From NCBI GenBank assembly GCA_965203295.1, contig CBDBCZ010000017.1:896001-960000 (forward strand): a stretch of 64,000 bases of DNA, read 5' to 3'. Positions 12,026 through 22,600 of this stretch are shown here, one piece after another. The notes below the pieces were generated by a model that was not told where the DNA came from, made no database searches, and saw only the letters and a program-made list of their open reading frames with translations. A program made the position numbers and the translations under genes. Position 1 is the first letter of the stretch. Every line of letters begins with the position of its first letter. Origin of the DNA: Nitrospirales bacterium. GTDB lineage: Bacteria > Nitrospirota > Nitrospiria > Nitrospirales > UBA8639.

Positions 12026-15000
12026 CTACTGTCCCGGTGAGTGCCCAGAGAAGGAACCGTGGTCCATCTCGTAGGAGAAATCAGTGCCGGATGTCTCATT
12101 GTTCATGTCGCGTACGTCGCTGGCTCGTTCCTCGGCAGTATCGTCCTCCTCCACCGTGTTCCTGGACATCCGTACCATGATGATGTCATCTAGTAGGGAA
12201 CGAGTGAAGAAAAATGTAGTCTCAGTCAAAAAGGTAAATTAAGGCCCCAACAATCTGACAAAGAAGGGAGCAGGCCAACCTTGTCATGCAGTGTAGTGTA
12301 CATGTAGTACCCTGAGCTGACCAGCAGCTACATGTATAGTGCATCATCTGGAGTTGACTATATAGCAACTCCTCTCCTAGCTGACCAGCAGCTATAGTGT
12401 TTCGTCTGGAGTTGACCACCCAGGCTCTCAAGCATCCAGCTTTCGGCTTAAAGTACTAAATTAAAAGCTGGATGAGCGAGGCTAAGAAAAATGGCACAGA
12501 ATGTACATGTACGAATAGAGGTTTTTTTCACTTCATAATGTAGCCTCGGTTCCAGGCTCTCAAGCATCCAGCTTTCTGTCGCTTGAAGTACTAAACTAAA
12601 AGCTGAATGAGAGAGGCTAAAAAAAATGGCACAGTATAATAGAGGGTTCACACTTCACATGAAATGGTATTATGTTATATTACCCTCGTTCCCAGGCCCG
12701 TGAATTTTTCAGTTTGTACAAAGGAAAGTCGCACGGCTAAAATGCTATTTGCTGGCCTCAAAGCTAGATGCAGATGACATACGATGATGTGATTGAAAAC
12801 CCTTCATCTTACGTTCACCCACCCACAACAACAGCTATCCTCTTCTCTTCAGTCCCATCAGCTTTGAGAAGATTCCTCGACTCCAACCTTCCGTTTACCA
12901 GGATCCTAGAGCCTTTCTTTACGTATTTGAGCACATACTCTGCAGCCGGGCGTTGTAGCACATTAATAAGGTGCCACGTAACTCTGGAGTCTTGGGTTAC
13001 TAGAGGGAGGGAGGGAGGGAGGGAGGGAGGGAGGGAGGGAGGGAGGGAGGGAGGGAGGGAGGGAGGGAGAGGGGGAGGGAGGGAGGGAGGGAGGGAGGGA
13101 GGGAGGGAGGGAGGGAGGGAGGGAGGGAGGGAGGGAGGGAGAGGGAGGAAGGGAGGGAGGGAGGAAGAGGGAGGAAGGGATGGAAGAGAAGAGCTCATGG
13201 CCGCCCTAGTTCTAGCCTATATTCATTTACATGTATGGGTACGCTGTCCTCGTTTCCTATCTTGATCGAAGATTTCTAAATTCTTAAAAAATGGTTTCAT
13301 AATAGCGCAATATTAATGACACAAGCATGCAGCATCACGTACAGGATCCCTTCCACATTCGGGACAAATTAAAACAAAGTGTCCCATTTAGAAGGATGTC
13401 CTCATTTCAGAGATTAACCAATTATATACCTACATGCATGCTTGGGATTTCAGGAAGTGTCCTCAATTAAGAGAGGTGTGCTAAGTTCAATGGTCCAACT
13501 AGAGGCATTTTACTAGCTATACACTTTTTAAATTCCTGACACCCCAGAGAGAAAAAAACACACAACTCGCTCTAGTTACCTGAGTTGTCCGGCTGCCGGA
13601 GAGAGAAAAAAACACACGTCTCACTCTAGTTACCTGAGTTGTCCGGCTGCCGGACCCTGATGGACCTGTTAGTCGCCATGCTGAACACCACCAGCGGCCT
13701 GTCCCTCCCCACGTTCCTGGGGTCTCCGCCCACACGTCCCAGCAACTGCACCGAGTTGATGCCTGAGGGAGAAATAATTATAATCAGGAGTCAATATCTA
13801 CCAAAGCCTGGAATAGCCTAGTCCCAGACTGGTAGCCTGAAGCTATCGCTCATTGTTGTCAGTATGATAGTTCTGCTTGCATGCAGATTTCCGAGAACGG
13901 AAAGTAATCACACCTGGAGCATGCATATAATTGAAAAAGAGTATTGGAGTAAATACATGACCAGACTTGCGTACAAACAGCAGTCTGTACATGTACGTAA
14001 TACCACAATTTTTTAAATCTCCAATTGTAGGGGCCGATTGGCTTCTGATTCCGTCCTAGTTCTGGTAAGATGCCTGGAGGCCCGTACAGCATGCATCCCG
14101 GTCCATGATGCCCACGGAGCGACGATGCACTCAGATTAAAAAAAAAAAGATGCACTCACACTCACATGGGCTTGTGAGAAATCTGTAGACTACCTCCTGG
14201 GACGCAAGGTTCACATCGAGTCAAACCACAAGCCACTCATTCCGATTTTGAGCACAAAGAACTTGGACTATCTATCTACCCCCTCGTGTACTTTGCTTTC
14301 CATTGAGACTGGTCCAAGTTCGACTTCACCGTCCAGCATACCCCCGGGAAACTGTTGTACACAGCTGATACTCACTCTCGGGCACCACTTGCAGAAACTG
14401 GAGATTCCAGTAAGTAGTCTAAGCTGTATTTCCCTTGTTAGGAGGACACATGGGAAACTACTGTAACATGTTAAAGACACAGACACACACACGTACATCT
14501 CTCCCTCGGTCGATACTGTGTGGATGGTTGGTACTGTGCAGACGGTTGATACTGTGTGGCCGGTTGATACGGAGTGGATGGCTGTTCGTCTGTTTCCATA
14601 GTAACAGCAGTACGTCGAAGTATACTCGCCATACCCATTCTGGCCTGAGATAGGGCCTGTACACGAGGAAACAGAATGCAAGCACCCAATTCCATGACAA
14701 GCCATACATCTTCTAGAGAGGAAACCTCATCTAGTGGCGCCCTCTTAGAGTGGCACATTGCTCATATTGTAGACCGATTATCCTATTCTTTTCATTCTAT
14801 GTACAGGTTCTTAAACTCCTTCACCCTTTACCAACCATAAGAAACAGCTTAAAGAAGCAGAAAAGCCTGTACAAAGTATTAACGCCTAGTATTAATACCC
14901 CTTATAAATTCATATGGGCTTATGGGAGCTCATGAACGCATATATGCGTCATTGGTTGGTAAAGAGTTAAACTCCTACATGGCATTTACCACACCATAAT

Positions 15001-15636
15001 GTCCAGGGATGCTATTGTTAGGGGGTGGGGTTAGGGCAAGGGTTAGGGTTAGAGTTCAAAGGAAAAACAAAGCTTGCCACCGGAATAATAATCCAGCAAC
15101 ACTATTGGCACTATATTAGAGCGAAAAAAATTATATTACAGACGATTGGTGCTTTAATTAGAGTGGTGTGTTAATAATTAAGAGCAGATACAGTAGTCCT
15201 ACCAGTACTGTAAGCTTACATCTGGGGAGGGGAGGGGAAGGGGGAATAGGACAGTCTCACACACACATACAAAATGTCTTCAAGCGAGTTAGCACTGCAT
15301 CATGTGTACCGGTGCACGAGACCTCATCCTACCCCGCCCCCCCACCCCAGTGCACACAGCACTGAATTGCAAACAGTGGAGACTTTAAAGCAGAAACTTT
15401 GCTGACCATCCAGAATTTCATAAATTATTTCCACATCAGCTAATGTATTTCTTGTGGACGGTTCCGCGGTAAAATTTATGTGAAAGCTATCAAAATTAGG
15501 CTTCTCAGTCCTAAAGCTATAGAAGCCCTCCTCTGAACAGGGTTTGTAAAATCAAGCTTTTTTTTGCAAAATTATCCCGAGTTTACTTCATTTACAGAGG
15601 CTATACCTGTATTCTTCCGAAACACTGTCGCAACAT
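12026..15636 (-). CDS. SSBP1: Mitochondrial-type single-stranded DNA-binding protein, paralog B (219 aa)
   Basis: Exons (minus) 15636-15607, 14656-14497, 13762-13634, 12999-12823, 12189-12026, with the same intron positions and phases as paralog A. Protein MLRQCFGRIQALSQARMGMASILRR...ERCINSVQLLGRVGGDP...VFSMATN...VTWHLINV...YVKKGSRILVNGRL...IAVVVDDIIMV plus an acidic tail. Confidence 0.87.
13004..13190. repeat. (GGGA)n microsatellite forming the polypyrimidine tract of an SSB-B acceptor
   Basis: Direct reading; adjacent to the AG at 13001-13000. Confidence 0.95.
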
Positions 15637-15790
15637 GATGGTCCAAGCACGCTATACGATCTCCTCACTGCAATACACGTGGCCGCTCAGTATCACGTGC
15701 TATCGGAATGATTATCATGTGACCACACAAAACGCTACGTTGTGTGCTTTATTTAGAAAAAATACCGTTATAAACAGCTAACAGGTATGT
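15637..15790. promoter_or_regulatory. Probable bidirectional promoter region between SSB-B and tafazzin
   Basis: Directly upstream of the SSB-B ATG. Two CACGTG E-boxes (~15677, ~15694) and TCATGTGAC (~15715). A plus-strand donor CAG|GTATGT at 15784/15785 could end a non-coding first tafazzin exon. Confidence 0.45.
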
Positions 15791-16132
15791 AGCGTTTGTT
15801 GTAGAATAGGAGAGGTAAATAGATGCCTTGCCACCTGTTTTTAGTCTCGTTCTCAGCCCGCAAAACCATTGTTTGTCTTTATAAAAGCTAGTCTTGGTGC
15901 GAATGATATATCACTGTAACCACAAGTATTGCTCCACTGTACTACGGAAGGTCAGTGATTAGGGACTAAGTTGTCATAAATTATAATGTTCTACATTAAA
16001 CACGAACTGGCATTGTATGGTGCAGTTATTAGAATGGATACGGTGATAACTTTATACACGTATCTTACCACTTCCCTTTGCTCCCATTTCAGTGACTCAT
16101 AGCCAGGTTCGAAAGAATCCGTACAGAAAGTG

Positions 16133-16612
16133 CTAGGAGGACCAGCCTCATTCCCAGGCCGACGCACTAGGAGGACCAGCCTCATTCCCAGGCTGACGCA
16201 CTAGGAGGACCAGCCTCATTCCCAGGCCGACGCACTAGGAGGACCAGCCTCATTCCCAGGCCAACGCACTAGGAGGACCAGCCTCATTCCCAGGCCGACG
16301 CACTAGGAGGACCAGCCTCATTCCCAGGCCGACTCATTAGGAGGACCAGCCTCATTCCCAGGCCGACGCACTAGGAGGACCAGCCTCATTCCCAGGCTGA
16401 CGCACTAGGAGGACCAGCCTCATTCCCAGGCCAACACACTAGGAGGACCAGCCTCATTCCCAGGCCGACGCACTAGGAGGACCAGCCTCATTCCCAGGCC
16501 GACGCACTAGGAGGACCAGCCTCATTCCCAGGCCAACGCACTAAGAGGACCAGCCTCATTCCCAGGCCGACTCATTAGGAGGACCAGCCTCATTCCCACG
16601 CTGAGGCACTAG
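16133..16612. repeat. 34-bp minisatellite, ~14 copies
   Basis: Unit CTAGGAGGACCAGCCTCATTCCCAGGCCGACGCA, period 34. Confidence 0.95.
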
Positions 16613-16630
16613 AAGAACTAACGTGGTGTG

Positions 16631-19600
16631 ATGGCTGCTAAGTCGCCTTGGCCCTTACCGGAACGGTTCAGGTTGCCGTGGAAACTGACCTCAGCTGCCG
16701 TAATCCTATCAACCCAACTCGTGACCAAAATCGTCATGAGTGAGTTAGTTGGGCATGGTTGTTAATACAGTAGCCTTGCACTCAGTCTTCCTAGTTTTCT
16801 TCACTCACTCCTCACTCACCCACCCACTCACTCACTCACTCTCACTCACACTCACCCACCCACACTCACTCACTCACACTCACTCACTCACTCACCCACC
16901 CACCCACCCACTCACACTCACTCACTCACCCACCCACCCACCCACTCACTCACTCTCTCCCTCACTCACCCACCCACTCACTCACTCACACTCACCCACC
17001 CACACTCACTCACTCACTCACTCACCCACCCACCCACTCACTCACCCACTCACTCACTCACTCACTCACTCACTCACTCACCCACCCACTCACTCACTCA
17101 CACTCACACTCACACTCACACTCACACTCACCACCCCACACTCACTCACTCACCCACCCACCCACCCACTCACTCACTCCCTCACTCACCCACCCACTCA
17201 CTCACTCACACTCACCCACCCACACTCACTCACTCACTCACTCACCCACCCACCCACACTCACTCACTCACTCACCCACCCACCCACTCACTCACCCACC
17301 CACCCACTCACTCACCCACTCACTCACTCTCTCCCTCACTCACCACCCACCCACTCACTCACACTCACCCACCCACACTCACTCACTCACTCACCCACCC
17401 ACTCACTCACTCACTCACTCACTCACTCACTCACACTCACTCACTCACTCACTCACACTCACTCACCCACCCACTCACTCACTCCCTCCCTCACTCACTC
17501 TCTCCCTCACTCACCCACCCACCCACTCACTCACTCACTCACTCACTCACCCACCCACTCACTCACCCACTCACCCACTCACTCCCTCACTCCCTCACCT
17601 GGCAGGATTGGCACAAAGAGTACAGGCAAAGAACATCCGCTCTCTGACAAAGGCTATCTCTAAACGACCAAGGGGCACTCCCCTTGTTACCATTAGCAAC
17701 CACTCCTCATGCATCGATGACCCAGTCTATTGGAGTAAGTACATTGTACATACATAAACTGGTTTCAAGGGTGCAAATATTAGAATGCAATAGCTGCAGT
17801 ATGTGCGCCCTGCTCAGCAATGAGGCTTCATCTATAGTGTCAGAGTACCTTATTAGCTAGGTTTGTGGTTTGCTAGTCTCTAGAGTGCTTGTTGCAAGCT
17901 TTTTTTGCAAACCTCTATCTATTGCAACAGCTCCATCAACCAAGTCTGCAGTCGAGCCAGGTCCCATATGTAAAGCATGCAGCATGGGGCATGTCTCTGC
18001 TAGAGATTTCTGGTTATTCTTGAAACTGCTGAGTGACTGCTCTGTGTTGCACTTCCATCCCCCCTCTCAGGTCTCCTGCCACTGACTATGGCTTTCTCAC
18101 ACAGAACCTCCAGATGGTTTGTCAGAGCATGCGCCTGCACATAGAGCTGAAAATATCAGCTGGCCACTGGCCATTTCCGTGCAATTTTCTGCAATGGCCA
18201 CCCAAAAATTGTACAGATGGCCGATCAAAATTTCACTTTGGCTAGCCAAACCCTAAGCCTTATTTTCAACTCTGCTCTTCCCAGTCTCCGCACCCCGGCT
18301 TTTTGCACACGTAGTAAACAGCTGGGGAGTGGAGACTGAAAACGAGGCTATATTTCTCTACACCATAACTCCATCGTGTAATACATGTAACTATACAGTG
18401 TAGCCTCGTTTTGAGTCTCCACTCCTTTTCACTGCATGTACATGTATGTGCGAAAGAAGCTAGGGAGTGGAGACTGAAAATGAGGCTACTTCTCTACACC
18501 AAAACTCCATCATGTAATACAGTGTATGCATATTTAGCCTCATTCCGAATCTCCACTCCATTCCACTATATGTACAAAAAAAGCTAGGGAGTTGAAACTA
18601 AAAATGAGGCTACGTACTTCTCTACACCAAAAGTCTATCATGTAATACAATTAATGTATGTGCATTTAACATACCATAAACTCTGGAGTATAAGTACCCA
18701 TCAAATACAAGTACCCCACATAATCTGTGCCACGAAAATGCACAATCTCCGAATAGAAGTACCTGTACTTGTACTCCAGAGTTTATGGTACCTCATTCTG
18801 AGTCTCAACTCCAGTCCACTTTGTGCGAAAAAAAAAGCTGAGGAGTGGATCGAGATTAATAATGCTAATCCTCTGCCCTAAAACCATGTTGTGCTCTCTC
18901 CTTTCAGGATACCTGCTGCCAGAGAGATCAATTTCTTCAACAAGCTCGTGTCTGTCTTCTTCTCCAGAGGACAGCTAGTGCCAGTCGACAGAGGTGTGTG
19001 CTCCAAACAAGCCGCATGGAGATCACATATTTCACACAATCATTCAAGTTTAATTTCACACATACACGTACATGCATTCAAGTTTGTAAGATTTATTCCC
19101 GTTTGGTCAACTTCTCACTTTTTCAATTCCCATTTGGTCAATGTTGACAAAGTGAGAAATTCACAAAGTGGTAATTGACAAAGTGGCAATTGACAAAGTG
19201 GGAATTGACAAAGTGGGAAATTGACAAAGTGGCAATTGACAAAGTGGGAGTTGACCATATGGGAAGACACAAAGTGCTTTGGCTATACTTAAAGAATGCG
19301 TGGTGTGAACATTTGTACAGTCAACCATTCCTGCCTCCCTACAGTGATCATAAACACGCAATATTAGCCTTGCTCCCATGGCAGGCCACTTGCCCTAATG
19401 CTAGCCTCGTACCCAAGCCTTCCACTCATGAAAGAAAAGTAAAGCCATTTATTTTCGCGAGTGCGGGGAAGGCCTGGGTACGAGGCTACCCTAATGCGTG
19501 GCCTGGGAATGAGAATATATATCATTGTATATAATTATTTGCATATATCAAATTTTATTGCTTCACCCAGTTTTTGAAGATGGGTGAACGGCTAGGAAGC

Positions 19601-22600
19601 ATCATTTCTGCTGTTTTGCTCACAGGAGATGGTGTGTACCAGCGTGGGATGAACTTCTGCCTGCAAATGCTCAACGAGGGAGGCTGGGTTCACATCTTTC
19701 CTGAAGGTAACTTGTTAGTGTGGGATGAGCTTTTCAATACATATTATATAACCTGGAATTTATCATTGTTAGGCACATTCTATAAATTTGTGCTATTTAT
19801 ACATTGCATTGCACATTGTATAAATCTATAAACTGCACAGTGCTAAACCTATCTGTAATTCTAACCCTAGCCCCAAGCCTAACCCTAGCCCTAAGCTTAA
19901 CCCTAATTCATTATGAATTTATAAAATGTGCAGCGCGATTTATAAGCTGTGCAAACTTAAAATGCTCCTAACAGCATTATTGTTTAAGCCTGGCTAGAAA
20001 TGTATCAAAGGAATGGAATTTTTAAAAACACTATCCCTGTACATGTAACTTGTATCTGTTGTATTTTGCAAATTTTTCTTTGAACTAACAAAAAGTATTC
20101 AATTGTCATTGCTTTGACAAATTTGAGGCATATTAGTCAATACGCACTTCATATTTCTGACAAATTATCATAGTTGCTAAATAATGCCAGGCCTTTTGTG
20201 GGGGAATAAAACACAACATACACACTAAACATAGGAACTGCTAAACATAGGAACTGCTGTGGACGTTTAAGCAGAACTGTAATAATCATATACCACCACA
20301 ATATCCTGTGCTCCTGCAGGCAAGGTGAACATGACTGGAGAGAGCTTGAGACTGAAGTGGGGTGAGTCCAAGATCCTGAATGATACATGTACCATAATAC
20401 TGTTTAGTGGGAATTATATTCTCTGGGTAGAATCTGCAGTTAGCTTCTGTGTCCACGGAAACAATTTTTGTACGTACATTCATCAAAAACATAATATTTA
20501 ATCTGAACAGTTGTTTCAAAATATCATCAAACTGCCGACGTTTCGATCGCCATACTGCAACTTTCTTTGGGGAACATTGATACAAAAATAAGAGACACTT
20601 AAATACACTAGCCAAGCTTGTCTCAGCTACAAACGGTATCTGAGCTACAAGCTACTCAGAATCGAGTCTGATACTGGTTGCTCTGTCTAGCTGTCCTCTG
20701 GTTAACACCAATGATGTCATGAGCGGGCAGGTCTCAGGATTGCTGACCAGGAATCCGAGATGGCCACGCCTTCGCCTCCGTTAGCCAGTCTGCCCGAGTC
20801 GGTGAGGAGGATGTACATGTAATGTACCTGATCATCGGTGTTAATTATGAGATCCTAGACGAAGCAAAGCAATGACAGATCCGACTCAGATTAGCTTATA
20901 GCTTACTTATTAGGCATGCAAGGTATAATTCCTGGCTCCAAGAATTAATGGGCTATATGTACATGTACTCCACATATGCATCCTAATTCTGACCTGCACC
21001 TGTTGGTTTTGCCATTCATGAACTAGCATAACAGCAACTTTGGTACAAAAAACAAAAGCTGGCAATGGAAACTGGGAACTGGGCTATTGAGTACTAGTGC
21101 ATGTAGTACAAGCATCTGACTAGTATTCAGAAGGTCCTGGGTTCAATCCCCAGCTGGGTCCCGTTGTTTGGGGGGGGGGGGGGGGATTTCTTTACTCTCT
21201 CAGAAAGCTTATCATCTCTTGAAAAGTTTGCAATGTAAATTTGGAACCAATTCCTTCTACAACATTAATTAATAGGCTCGTATATTTTGCATATGGGTAA
21301 TTCCATGCCAAATCAACACAAAAAATGACGACCCCCTCAGATTTCCACGAAACTTGGTACATATGTACCCTATGTGAAGTTATTAATTCACAGTGATTAT
21401 TAGCCTCACACGTTGTGCGGCTTCTGTGTTACAGCCAGCCAAAAACTCAATTTTTCGTCAAATTTTCGGCTTCCTGCTTCTACATAATTGACCATAACTA
21501 TTACTACGATTGTCTGTGCAAGATGAAAATTGCACCATCTTGTACCTTAGTAGATACCCTTTCAGCTGATATATTGCACGTGTTAATTTGATTATGTTGA
21601 GGTCAAAGGTCATGGTTTATATACTTGACCTTTGCCCCCTTGAAAAACGGATTCTTCAATTGTTCTAATTTTTTTTCTAAATGTTCTCTAGATCTTCATG
21701 TTGAGATGGTATTATTTTAATTTTGGGACTGCCACGGGATTAGGAGATACAGAGAGTAGCGTAATAGCCAGTAGGGTGTTTTTCATGTATGTCCACACAT
21801 GCTTGCCCCATACTGGGATTTGTTTCGGTGTGAGGTCAAATGCTACATGATCTGGGTGAGCAGACTGATTTAATACACTCATTATACATGTAGTGAGTTA
21901 TAGTTTGGTACATTCCTGAAAGTAGATGGGAGTGAAGCTGCACAAATCCACAAGATTCCCGCAATCAAACAGAGCTCTCACACATGCACATTTTCATGCA
22001 TTATTCTGACTAATACTCCTAACACAGTGGAATGCAGCTCTTTGTAAACATTGTAACTAACTCCCTGATGTACCAGTAGGTAAGCTACAGTTTGCATCTT
22101 GAGGCTGCTAATTGATTTCCATGGCAATATCACACTTTACTTCTTGGTATAGCCAATTCTCAAGCATAGCTGTGTCAGTTCATAGTGGAAAAGTGATCAA
22201 AGCAAACCATTCTAGACTTATTTGAAGTTAGCTCTCCTGTCAGTGCACAACCATGGCCCAGTCTCAGTGGCGAAGTATTTGCTCAGCACTGACACAGCTA
22301 TGCTTGAGAATTGGCTATACCAAGAAGTGAAGTGTGATATTGCCATGGAAATCAATCATCAATTTTGCTGTAATCCCTTCAATAGACCTAACTATTCCAT
22401 CTGGAAGAAGAACCAGCATATGTCTGTTACGTTCAAAGTGGATGTCTGAGAAAGTTGTGATTGAGAATCTCATACGTACCACTGCATCCCTTCCAAGCGT
22501 TAGGTATGTTGAAGGGATTGCAGCAAATATTTCGCCACTGAGACAGGGCCATGGTTGTGCACTAACAGAGGGAGAACTAACTTCAAAATAAGTCTAGAAT

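Noticed and set aside
12768..13265. GGRE-repeat ORF and the Pro/Ser-rich N-terminus of the opposite-strand ORF
   Set aside because: Products of (GGGA)n; only 12823-12999 on the minus strand is a real exon.
7074..15636. One SSB gene with mutually exclusive 3' exons or two OB folds
   Set aside because: Each copy has its own ATG exon, presequence exon and stop, so two separate genes fit better.
16133..16612. CRISPR-like 34-bp repeats
   Set aside because: Units are head-to-tail with no unique spacers, the context is eukaryotic, and there are no cas genes.
16749..17663. 304-aa His/Thr/Leu-rich ORF
   Set aside because: Translation of the (CACT)n microsatellite in tafazzin intron 1.
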